Shown here piece by piece: positions 35,501 to 45,019 of a stretch of 64,000 bases of DNA. The stretch is taken from contig OZ076410.1 in assembly GCA_964187785.1 (NCBI GenBank), positions 25,978,001-26,042,000 of the forward strand, read 5' to 3'. The position numbers and the translations under genes are program-made. The notes beneath the pieces are model-generated. The model searched no databases. It had not been told where the DNA came from and was given only the letters and a program-made list of their open reading frames with translations. Numbering within the stretch: position 1 is the first letter of the stretch; every line of letters begins with the position of its first letter. The DNA comes from Amphiscolops sp. MND2022. Taxonomy: Eukaryota.

Positions 35501-37631
35501 CTGCTTTTATAACACGATCCAGGTATTCCCTCATGAAACTGGAGAAGGCCGACAGGGCTCTACTGAGTCCTTGGGCCAATCTTCTATATGCAAATGTCCT
35601 GCTGGCGAAGTTGAAAGCTAGCATTTCAATCGATTTCTGGTCTGCCATAGGAAGGCAATGATAAGCTTGGGAACAGTCGAGTTTGCAAAAGAGCTTTTTG
35701 CCTGCCATATGTTGCGCCGCATCCGTCAAGGTGCTGACTGGGTGGTTGTTATTGACGTAGTCATCTGAAATCAGATTATTGATCTTCCGCAAATCCACCA
35801 ACAGTCTCAGTTTTCCATTGGGTTTTTTCTGCGCAAATATTGGACCGGCGTACTTCGAGAATGGTAATGTTGTTATAATCCCATATTTATGGAGTAATGC
35901 CAGTTCGACCAATATGTCCTCTTTGAGGTTGACCGGAGTAGGTAGGCTCTGACTGTAAGCAGGCGACTCGTCCTTTGGGGTCAGTTTGACCGTAAATTCC
36001 TCATTGACGCCAATGTCAAATTTATGGCGTGCAAAGATGTCATGGAATTCCACTAATAGAGTTTCTATTTGTCTGATTTCATGTTGTTGTAACATTGAGT
36101 CCTTCCAATCAAAGTTGCCGAGGAATTTTCGACGAGATTCCGCATCGTCGTGCGGGTTGAGTTGTTCTAAACTTTGCAGGTTTCGTAATTCTTTGAGAAT
36201 TCTTTGTTGTATTGGGGTATGGGTCGTTTCGTCCCCTGGGTTTTCAGGCGTCGGGAACCAATATTGTTCGTATTGGTCATTATTTCTGTTAGCTTTAAGA
36301 AGGCTACTAATATAATAAATAGCGTCGTCTTCATTTTCATTCAGTAAGTGCCAGGTGGACACTGGGTCTATTGGCCTGACGTGTTTCATCTGTTCAGGGG
36401 TCATCACTGAAAAGTTTGCAATGTGCATCCCTTTCTTTATTTTATAGGGTTGATCAGTGAAATTGTTGACGTGTATTCTCGTAGCCCCTTCATGTAGTGT
36501 GAATATGGCGGTACAGAAGGTTATGTCGCCTTCCTCGTGCAGAAGATCGCTGGGTTGCAATATGCCCGTAACTGCATTTTCTGCGTAAATTTGTGATTGA
36601 ATGGGTATGACCACATGGTCATTGGGCGGAATTGTGACATCCTCAGGATTGAGGATGGGTTCCAAAACATTTGAGTATTTATGGTCAGCCGTCTTGAGTT
36701 GCATCGAGAAGTAGGGAAAGTTGAGTATACCTTGGCGCATGTCCAGGACAGTGTGGTTCCTTTGAAGGAATATTAGTCCAATTATGGGGCTTGACAGTTT
36801 TTCCATTACAATGAAAATTTCGTGAAATTCTATGTCGCCCACTTCGAATTTTAGTTCGACTGTGCTCTTTGGGGTTTCTAAGTCTCCATTTGCGACCATT
36901 ATTTGGAAGGATGGGGCAGGACCTTCTTTTACAATGGATTGAGGGGCCAACAGGCGTATTTTCCTGAGGTCTGCCTCCGGGATTGCACTGGAGTGGGCTC
37001 CAGTGTCTATCAGGCCATCTAGAGTTAATTCCCCAAAGTCCATTGGGAAATAGAGCATTCGTCGTTTGAATTTAAGTCCAAGGTTTGTTGAAAGGGGAAC
37101 GTATGGTAATTCTCCTTCTTTGGTCACTAGGAGGTGTAAGAAGGCTGTCTCGTCTAAAAGACTATTAGGAGCCTTGTGGTCCTCCTGTGTGTGTATGGCG
37201 TCTCCTTCTTGTATAGTTGCCTCAAAGTTCGGCTGCCAAAGATCAATGAGGGCCCGAGACAGTGTGTTGTCTTCGATGTCTGGGTCGTCCTCGTCGTCAG
37301 TTGGAGGGTAATCTTCGTTTCGAAATTGTAAATTTGTTTTGTCATATAGTTCGTCGTCCCAGTACGGGTCTTTGCCATACTCGGGGTCATAGTACTGAGG
37401 GTTATAATCTTCGACAGTTTGTAAGGGTCTAAATTGAGTTTCAGAGTCGTTGTAATTGCTATTCCGTCGATATAGGTATGGGTGATCACTGTGAATGATA
37501 TATTGAGTTTCTTTGCGGGCGTCGGCCAACTGCTGCTGCCAGACAGTCGATGGCATCCCTGTGGTGTCGTTTTGAGTTTGTTTATATGTAATGTTTGCAG
37601 GGTCAGATATGACGTACTGTCGTACTGACAT
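32562..37631 (-). CDS. Pol polyprotein (PR, dUTPase-like insert, RT, RNase H, integrase), 1689 aa from the first Met
   Basis: Motifs: LIDTGA (protease), LLVDLR, KLDCSQAY and YVDD (RT), TDAS (RH), H-x3-H..CETC, IDLL/TDKG/FER core and WIGPF (GPY/F module). The PR-RT-RH-IN order is diagnostic of Ty3/Gypsy. Confidence 0.97.
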   Translation of the reverse strand: MSVRQYVISDPANITYKQTQNDTTGMPSTVWQQQLADARKETQYIIHSDHPYLYRRNSNYNDSETQFRPLQTVEDYNPQYYDPEYGKDPYWDDELYDKTNLQFRNEDYPPTDDEDDPDIEDNTLSRALIDLWQPNFEATIQEGDAIHTQEDHKAPNSLLDETAFLHLLVTKEGELPYVPLSTNLGLKFKRRMLYFPMDFGELTLDGLIDTGAHSSAIPEADLRKIRLLAPQSIVKEGPAPSFQIMVANGDLETPKSTVELKFEVGDIEFHEIFIVMEKLSSPIIGLIFLQRNHTVLDMRQGILNFPYFSMQLKTADHKYSNVLEPILNPEDVTIPPNDHVVIPIQSQIYAENAVTGILQPSDLLHEEGDITFCTAIFTLHEGATRIHVNNFTDQPYKIKKGMHIANFSVMTPEQMKHVRPIDPVSTWHLLNENEDDAIYYISSLLKANRNNDQYEQYWFPTPENPGDETTHTPIQQRILKELRNLQSLEQLNPHDDAESRRKFLGNFDWKDSMLQQHEIRQIETLLVEFHDIFARHKFDIGVNEEFTVKLTPKDESPAYSQSLPTPVNLKEDILVELALLHKYGIITTLPFSKYAGPIFAQKKPNGKLRLLVDLRKINNLISDDYVNNNHPVSTLTDAAQHMAGKKLFCKLDCSQAYHCLPMADQKSIEMLAFNFASRTFAYRRLAQGLSRALSAFSSFMREYLDRVIKADQCAQYVDDIGVAATDANQLIVNLRATFQCIREAGLKFSMHKCHFGATEIDFLGRTITPEGVKPQKERIAIFLEKTKFPKSKKALQRYIGFLNYYRNYIPRLSEKLVPFFQLLKKDEKVLVTQELVEQFIAINRDLDRCSQLALKQPLPNKQLVLMTDASFTAAGYAILTEDDPNQKYTSVKKSYAPIAYGSKTFTPSQLKMSIYAKEFLAIYYAFKEFGHIFWGTPQPVIILTDNKSVTRFFQTKIIPPPLWNACDFVIQFNFIIAHIPGKNNTAADYLSRMEMDPTEKLVLKIREDVETRPIEVNVQSAGVSEEEQIFFTEEDNETEEQIWKRKQQSKKGLIVPETVIQIDAISENTVEEITNFTQKLRRTNQILLEQSRDPILLQLRAKLQKEEYSEEILQQDIRYKYYLNNIDRIVLKDEIVTRQYYDETGQVKYHQILLPKHLLKELLQAIHGTAHRHPGISKMLQEIRQKYYYPGIAKHVKKWVEGCETCAKDKRVPNTVITPELLNLPEWDLGPEDAMQIDLLPNLPTSGGYQTVMTAIDVFSRYLFAYPLIEATAANVAKVIIDIMTKHSYLPTTLITDKGSAFTSKILEEITAILGITLKCATTKHPQTIGKFERTHASLKTNLKMASGEYRRQWHKYLPLAVLNYNTTYHASIGCEPSKVFHGRIPYNVLDHKLGNNPNKNFLPTTEFAEELQQRTQILIDQTKRNIMQSYLKYKEYYDRKAKAAPLQEKDYCFVLQPKADSQGSKIPFRDFRWIGPFVVQKTLPNNNYIVRRLNTNKTQILHRIRLKKFVPNAPLEDKYEEEKLQPDEEIVIPQDDLYTISWEADFEYELFEPKINDWPHTATRLPQDAANGEVDYYVTENESSSVNESERSSERMNDNDVNENEVRPRSASNRNASSPLDETPRGTENQNDVTNDLENAEIASERGVDITVPGISEKGKNEKNSSPRGGKYNLRPNPTPNFTDEYRY

Positions 37632-37660
37632 CTTGTTACATATTTGGAGTCGTGGCGAAA

Positions 37661-39349
37661 TTAGTTTTTTGAGTCCGTTTTACGTAAGTTTGATTGGCTT
37701 GAAGATGCAGTTTCAGGGTTAGTTGACTTTTTGGACGATTTTTCATCGCCAGAGGTGTCATCAGCCTTATCCTCAGGACGTGTCCTTTTGGGTCGTAAAT
37801 GTGCTCCAGCCCCTTTCCAGCATCTTTCAACAGGGTGATTTTTCTTTCCGCAAGTAGGGCATTCTGGGTATGTAGGACGTTGGGGCTTTTTGCCATTTTT
37901 GTCCTCCAGTTCTTTCTTCTTCTTCAATTTAGGGCAGCTCTTATAGAAGTGGCCTGTGGCTTTACAATAAGAGCATTGTGCGTCCTTTTTAGTATTTATG
38001 CCATTAGAGAGCAAATTGTTGTTACTGGTGGACGCAGAGGCCATTGTAGCGATTGGCAAATCGTCTGACTCTTCTAATGCGTTGAGTTCAAGCTCTCTTT
38101 CAAGATGAGCGACGACTTCTTCATATGTCCCGTTCTCCAGGCGGGCCATATTGACAGATCGTTTCAATTTTGGAGGCAGTTTTGCGTATAATAGGCTGTC
38201 AATCATGCTTTTTGCATTTTCGCCGAAAGCTTTTTCTGCCCCCTGGTTCAGTTCTTCCAAGAAATCCGGCAATTTCATGGTATTCGGATCGAAAGTCAGC
38301 CGATGCCATTTGTGTTTTGCCGTTGCTTGGGATTCCGGTTTGACGTATTTCCTCCGGAATATGATTAGCACATCCTCGAGTGTTTGGCGGTTAATTGAGT
38401 TTATGTTCCTGAAGGTCTGCAGGGCCCCTTTTCTGAGCAATGAGTGAAAATGGTTTATTTTCATTTGCTCTGTCATGGCCGGTTGCATTTTGATCATTGC
38501 GTGGAACAAATCTTCAAAGAGTTCGAATTTCTCACTCTTTCCGTCAAACGTCATTGGTGTCGTTTGGACAGGTCGGATAGTCATCGTTTGGGGTTTATTT
38601 TGCAAATTGACTAGTACATCAGCCAATCTATTGAGCGGGTCCTGAGGCTGCTCTGTGACCTCTGGTTCTGGCGCTGGCAGAGTGGTGTCCAAAGAGACAT
38701 TGTGGTTAGACTGCTGTCTCTCTAGGTTCAGGATTGAGTGGATTCGTCCAGTGAGAAATTCAGGTATAGGCTGTTGGGCTTCGTTAGCTCCTGTCACCAT
38801 GTAAGAGCCACGTCCCGTGGTGTCTCTCAAATCACCAACGGACCGCGAGTCCTTTTTCAATAAGTTTGTTTTCAAGCCGGATGGATTTTCCCTATTTTCC
38901 TGACTGCTAGGGGACATACTAGCCTCAGTGTCCCTGTTCCCAGAGGAAGACATTGAACTCACAATATTTTGAATCTCTGGTAGCACCTTTTCTGATATGG
39001 CAGTACTGATTGCTCTATTTATTTGGCTATGTACCATGGCCATCATGGAATCCATTTCTTGAGACAGTTCAAGATTAAATTCATTTGAGAAAGTTTCAAA
39101 AGACTGCCTAACATCGTTCTGCCTGTATTCACTATTCTCATGGGAGAAGTTTCTATATTCATCCCTTTGGTACAGATTAGCCTCACTGTCACTACGAACT
39201 GAAGATTGTTCAATTACTTCAGTTAATTCTCTCTCTATAGGATTTTCACTCCCATTACCTAACATTATGTCCAAGTTGTCCATATCGGACATCATGTCCA
39301 TTTCTCTAGACTTTCTAGTTTTCGCCTTTTGACGTCTCGTAGAAGGCAT
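37661..39349 (-). CDS. Gag, 562 aa from MPSTRRQK, with two CCHC zinc knuckles; the first ~183 codons lie in the 5' LTR
   Basis: CSYCKATGHFYKSC and CPTCGKKNHPVERC. The ORF-track start at 39499 is a TTG; the first ATG is at 39349. Confidence 0.9.
   Translation of the reverse strand: MPSTRRQKAKTRKSREMDMMSDMDNLDIMLGNGSENPIERELTEVIEQSSVRSDSEANLYQRDEYRNFSHENSEYRQNDVRQSFETFSNEFNLELSQEMDSMMAMVHSQINRAISTAISEKVLPEIQNIVSSMSSSGNRDTEASMSPSSQENRENPSGLKTNLLKKDSRSVGDLRDTTGRGSYMVTGANEAQQPIPEFLTGRIHSILNLERQQSNHNVSLDTTLPAPEPEVTEQPQDPLNRLADVLVNLQNKPQTMTIRPVQTTPMTFDGKSEKFELFEDLFHAMIKMQPAMTEQMKINHFHSLLRKGALQTFRNINSINRQTLEDVLIIFRRKYVKPESQATAKHKWHRLTFDPNTMKLPDFLEELNQGAEKAFGENAKSMIDSLLYAKLPPKLKRSVNMARLENGTYEEVVAHLERELELNALEESDDLPIATMASASTSNNNLLSNGINTKKDAQCSYCKATGHFYKSCPKLKKKKELEDKNGKKPQRPTYPECPTCGKKNHPVERCWKGAGAHLRPKRTRPEDKADDTSGDEKSSKKSTNPETASSSQSNLRKTDSKN
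37664..37670 (-). promoter_or_regulatory. -1 ribosomal frameshift slippery site A_AAA_AAC
   Basis: Lies directly before the gag TAA. The -1 frame reads KKLISPRLQICNK-MSVRQY, in frame with pol. Confidence 0.8.
38788..38799 (-). other. Primer-binding site TGGTGACAGGAG (tRNA-Leu-like), embedded in the gag ORF
   Basis: Abuts the LTR terminal CA. It matches 11/12 to the complement of the vertebrate tRNA-Leu(CAG) 3' end as I recall it; host tRNA not verified. Confidence 0.75.
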
Positions 39350-40540
39350 GAGAGATTGTTGCAAGAGGAAAGAATTTAAATTGAAATCTTTAAGCTTGCA
39401 AATAATATTGTATTCGGTATTATAACAGCGAACTTGACTGTGACTATTCGTATGAAGATTATGTCCCCAGGACCACGGGTCCCGGTTATTTATAATCAAC
39501 TAAACATGACATGCATAAAAGTGGTAGTCATCAGTCTAATTTTAGTAACAGGTATTCTAAAAATAGACACAACATACAACGTGTCTTTACAAGTATATTA
39601 TCATAATACTAAAAATAGCAACAACTATGACGTAATTGATTTACGTGCTTCTACATATATGAAGTAGTTACATTCAAAGATGTACATGCGCCCCTTCAGG
39701 CCATCCAATCAAGTTTCAGTAGCAACACTTCATGTAAAACAATACATGCTAAATCATATGAAATAAATACATGCAAAGATGGTGTGTGAACATTGAGCTG
39801 TCCTTTATGGCTTTTTAAGATACAAACAGCCCTTTTGACTTTCTATCCAGGAAGTTCTGGAAATTAAGAGAACACAAAAGAAGGGGGGAAGGACTAATGG
39901 TCCTTTTGTGAACAAGGTGACAGGTCTCCAATCAGAGCAAATATACCGCTTCTGAGATAGTACATTATCAATTTCAATATACGAACTTCTTTTATTCTAC
40001 TTTGGACTCAGTGTCCACGCGTCCTTATTTAATACAAGAGTAGCGTCGTTGTGGTGGCGTGTGGCCCTTGAGTCCTTTAATTTAGAATACAGCACAGGAG
40101 CGAGCAAATGAACAATGCACTGTGATTGGTTGAGAAATTGGACGGACAGCGCGTCTAGCGAGACAGGAAAGGAAACATTTGAACTCGTTTCCTTTACCTG
40201 TACGCCTTGGTGTCCAATTTCTCAGCCGTGGTATATATCTATCACTGTTATACATGTATTAATACACTATATTCAATTTTCAACTACATACTTTACATGG
40301 CTAATTCCGGATAATTATTCCAAAGCTTTCCAAACTTCATTAATATAAAAGCCCCGAATAAAATGATATACTTACATAAACATATGCGAAATCAATCACA
40401 ATAAGATAAGTTTATAGTTTGTCTTCTTAGACTTTTGGACTAATAGTCCATTCCTCAGTTCATTGGGAGGGTACCAGGGAGAGTATTGTAGTTGTAGCCG
40501 ACTGAGTACCAATTGCCGTCGCAGGCGGCAGCCCGCGACA
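38800..40540 (-). repeat. 5' LTR (1741 bp) of the giant element
   Basis: Direct repeat of 24652-26393, bounded by the PBS and the TSD. Confidence 0.97.
39991..40129 (-). promoter_or_regulatory. Candidate LTR core promoter/polyA region: CCAAT (40125-40129), TATTAAATAA (40025-40034), AATAAA (39991-39996)
   Basis: Order and spacing on the minus strand match a typical U3-R arrangement. Motif-only evidence. Confidence 0.35.
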
Positions 40541-41299
40541 GATACCAATTTCTGTTTTCTGCCATTAAAATCCCGAGTCAGACTTGATTCGACTCCGGTT
40601 TATGGTGTAAACACTCCTAATAATTCTTCAGTTCAGTTAGTCCTATGATGAAGACAGACCTTGGCTGCCATCTTCTTAGTAGGCCCATGTCAAATGAGGA
40701 TTTCAGTTTTTTGGATTGCATCTTGCAAAAAGTTGCTTGAAATCATTATGTTCTGATTTTTGTGTTAGATAAGTTTCCTTGAAAGTTCTATAGCACGTTT
40801 GTGTCTTCTTCGAAATGGCTGAAGTGGCTGAATATGTGGATGCTGAAGATCAGCTACAAGTTGACGAAGAAAGAACGCTCGTTCGGTTGCAACGGTCGTT
40901 ACTTGATTCTTTTTTGATTCGCAGCCGGATAATGTAAAGGAAAGTAAAGTTAATTTTTTCAGATGTCTTTAAAAAGTATAATTTATACTTTAGTATAATT
41001 ATACAAATTTATATTAGTATAATTTATACTAGTATAAAAGTATAAATACAAGTCAAACAATGCCACGTTTCAATAGTGAACTACAGTGATCTGAATACCA
41101 ATCGCTGTGATGAGGAGCAGCAAAAAACTACTTTGTTTGTATATTAGTTCCAATAAGGTTTTGTCTCAATTCAAGTGTTTTCGGTTATTATTCGCCCATG
41201 TTTTGGAAAATTGGAGTGAAAAAATACTGCCTGTGTTTTCGATCGACGCTCCTTGAAGGAATGAGCACACCATTACAGTGATTAGTTTGTTCTTCGGCT

Positions 41300-42300
41300 T
41301 CACATCGAAGCGTATTTTTTTGTTCAATTTGTTGAATTTCGTCTGATGTCAAAAATTGAGCTTTTCAAGGTTTCCAAGTTTAAATGAATCTTTTTGTTCT
41401 GCAGTTGCATTTTTACATTTTCATGTAAAGTAGAAGTAAATTGTTCTTTCTCAATGAGACAAATCTGAATGCCACTTCTTAATTGACTACACATCCCCAT
41501 ATTACAAAAGACAAAGTCCAATCTGTGGAAACATGACGAACTTCCTACGGACATTTTTGTGAAATCTTTTCAAAGTCTCAACGTTTTGGGCAACTCCCGA
41601 AAGCTTTTGAAAACTGAAATAAGGTGAAAAGTATTCTGCCCCAGGCATTTGGCAAGCCATAGTTCATACAATAAAGATTTGATTCGGTTCTCTTCAGTTT
41701 CCTATGAAATACATATCAGCTTAAACAATCTGATATTGCGACATTTAGAAACTATAGTTTATGCATTCCATTGAGCATACCAAACATTTTCATATTCTTC
41801 CTCGTACTGGATACTTTTTGCACAAAATTTCCAAAGCCAGATAAGTTTTGTATAAGCTTTTCAAATATCTACTCTATAAGTTTTTTCTTTCATCGAACAT
41901 CGAAAGTTCTCCTATTTTTTTATGACAGTCTGACCTCATTTATATTTCAATTTGTATTTATTTCAAACAGAAAACTTCCAAGCACAAAAACATTCCTTGA
42001 AGTCTGAAATATTTCTTAAATTCTGAAATTCAGGTATCAAAACTGAAAACTATTCCCTTTTCTAAAGTTGCGGCCGACTGAATAACACTTTTCCATGTAA
42101 GTCGTTCTGAGCTCCAAATTCAGACTTTTCCCCAGCTTTCTTGCTCATTGGTAATTTGTTCGCACTTGATACCTGAAAATCCCAATTAATGAAAATTTTC
42201 AGACTTTTTCTGAAGAGATACCATGCTTGAAAAATATACACAAACTTCCTGCTTTTCTTAGAGTCATCCATTCAATCTTGAAGTTTCGAAAGATAGAAAG
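41300..42300 (-). pseudogene. Possible highly decayed hAT transposase fossil
   Basis: Minus-strand fragments LAKCLGQNTF and SCFHRLDFV resemble the hAT C-x-GQ-x-YDGA and CxxH-RL motifs. Many stops. Confidence 0.3.
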
Positions 42301-45019
42301 AGAATAGATAATTAGAGTAATAAAAAGTCCAGGAAATCCCTTACTTCAATTTCAAACTAATTTTGGTGTTTTCTACAGAAAAACCTACGAAAATAATTCG
42401 CTTCCAAAATACCGTGTAATTGATTTTCTCTGCGTGCGTATTTTGGATGAATAATTTCCCACTGATTTCAGGAACAAATTATTGGTGATGGAAACATTTG
42501 TCACGCCTCGCCATGGAAATACATGCATTGTCTGTCTGCTTGAACTTGAAACCACGCATTGACCTTGAAAACTGCGATCCTGAATTTCTCGGGGTATTTC
42601 ATGTTCAATCCGCCCATTTTGGCACCGCATTTAGTCTGTTTATAAATATCGGATAATCCAAATATTAATTTTTCTTGAAACTTGAGCAATTGGAGATGTG
42701 TAATTACACATCTCCAATTACTCAAATTTCAATAAAAACTAATTTTAGGATTACCTTTAAAGGTATTATAAATTTAGGTATTTGGATAATTCACAAGGGA
42801 ACACTTTCCCGAGGTTTTCCTAAGGCGCGACATGCAGGGAAAATATTTGTTTTTTTCTGCACTCCTGTGAACTTTTCGAAAAGTTAAAAAGAACAATGTC
42901 CAAAGACTGTCACTGCAGTTAACGTCATGACGTTAACTGATAATCTGAGACAGGTTGATGAAATACAATAACTTTTCATTTTTTTTCATTATTTTCAAAA
43001 AATCATCTTATGAGAGTATTATTCTTGCGTATCACAAAACAAACACAAAAAAGTCAAATCAGGAGGTTCTGAAATTCAAGTTTAATTCGTTGAAGTTTAT
43101 AGTTCGTTTGAGTTGTGGATGTTAAACTTTTTTATCGGGTAAAGTTGCCACTTTTCAGCGCGAACGCCCCACAAAACATTTGTTCATTTTGACATTATTG
43201 AGTGAAACGAAATTGTTTTTGAAATATGTCTCCGAAAGATTCATTTAGTCTGAAAAGTTGTCTGATATTATGGAAAAGCCGTGGAATGTACTGCGGATTT
43301 TGGTAAATCAACACAAACCCTCGCTCATCTGAATAAAACTTTGAACAGTTTTGAGATAATTTTTAGCAGTGAGGTTCTAGATACCGGCTTTATCGCTCTA
43401 AGATGGTTACACGAACTTCAAGGAACAATGTCTAGCCGTCTTCAAAATCGGCACGTCGCTTCAGTTCACGAAATATCAATTTTTGGAGCCGTTTGTCAAA
43501 TTTGTTTTTGACGTATTTGAATAATCAAAGCAAACAAAGCCCGAGTGACAGCACTTTGCGTGGTCTTAAGTTTCCACAACAACGTTTTCAATGTAAAATA
43601 TCCAGTTATTTTCTTGGCTTTTTTGACCATGCTTTAAAATTGATCTTTTTTATGCCAGAAATCGCCAAAAAAAAACAAATCGCAAATTTTGATGAAGGGT
43701 ATTACCAGGACACATATTGCTTTGAATCCAATTCTTCTGGATATTTTTGGTTCCTGAAGTTTTTGCTTCGAAATTGCAGGAGAACAACTGAATAAGTGAA
43801 ACGTAATCTCTTCGGCTCGAAAAAGTATTCAAAATTAATCGGATTTTTGAATTTATCAATGGTTTCGCCCAATTTTTTTTCTTGCTCTGAAAAATTATTT
43901 TGTTAAGAAGAAATGGATAATGTTCAGAATCTCAACAAAAACCATTTGGATTCAATGCAATATAATACAACCATACAATTCTCACAATATAACCCGGAGT
44001 TCTACAAATCGATAGAGAAAAAACTTTATCTGACACTCCTGTAGAAGTGCGCCAGATGAAGATGATTTTTTCCTACCCTAGTCGAACATGTCGGAAAGTT
44101 GTCCATGTTGCATCCATGCATGCATTGTAAATTTTTGAAAAACATAGAAAATACTGAAGCATGCATGGAAAAATTTTGTAAAATTTCCATGCAACCTGCA
44201 AAATCCTCTGAGCAGATCCATGCACATTTGAAAAAATATGGCTGCAGCCTAGAAAATGTTTGGAAAAAAAAACAGGCAATTTCAACGAAAAATTTCGAAA
44301 AGACTAAAAAAGCTGATTTGAGACCTTTCAAACTTTAGTTCTCCCTTGATCTCAGTAAAAACTCGAAGAAAAAACCACAATTACAATTGATCTTGAAATT
44401 TAAATAAATTATTCGTCACTGAAGATAAAACAAGGCAAAGAAAATCATCACATCACAAAAAACTTTTTGAAAACAGTTCTGAGGTCCATCAAAATGGCGT
44501 ATTCAGATCTCAAACTTCATCGTTATAACGAATTGTTTTTGTAAAAAAGTATCTAAGCACGTGAGTGGGTTAACTTGGAACCATAAGTGTCACTACCGAC
44601 AAAGTTCATTGACCTAAACAGGTTAAGGCCAATGAACTTTGTCTGTAGTGACACTTTTGCTGCACATACTGCTGAGAAGCTTAACTGAGATCTGCGGCGA
44701 ATGCTGTGTAGAATTTTTATAGTATTCAGAATACCGCAATTTGCATTGTTTTTGCTTGGAAAACAGAAGCGAAAATTGCAATTAGTATAAGTCATTATGA
44801 CACTCTGAGCAATAAAATCAGCTGGAATATGAAATATAAAGTCGATAGTTATGAAAAGACTTATTACTAATTGACACCATTTGTACAAATGATACACAAT
44901 TTGATGCTATAGTCCGTTAGCAAGGAAAAATGATCTCTCGTGATTTTTTTTCCAAATTTAGCTAGCTTCAATCTATTTTTTTCAGTCTAACGATAGGCTT
45001 TCTGACAGTGAATTTAAGC

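Larger units (their letters stand above)
24652..40540 (-). mobile_element. Intact giant (15,889 bp) Ty3/Gypsy LTR retrotransposon with two extra genes
   Basis: LTRs 38800-40540 and 24652-26393 (minus strand TGTCGCGG...CTCTTACA). TSD GATAC at 24647-24651 and 40541-40545. PBS at 38788-38799, PPT at 26394-26401, and uninterrupted gag and pol. Confidence 0.97.

Noticed and set aside
32930-38447. Numerous plus-strand ORFs of 60-110 aa opposite gag/pol
   Set aside because: These are antisense shadow ORFs of a long coding region with no independent motifs.
40790-40930. Acidic coding-like stretch (MAEVAEYVDAEDQLQVDEER)
   Set aside because: Short, stop-terminated, with no recognisable family or splice context.
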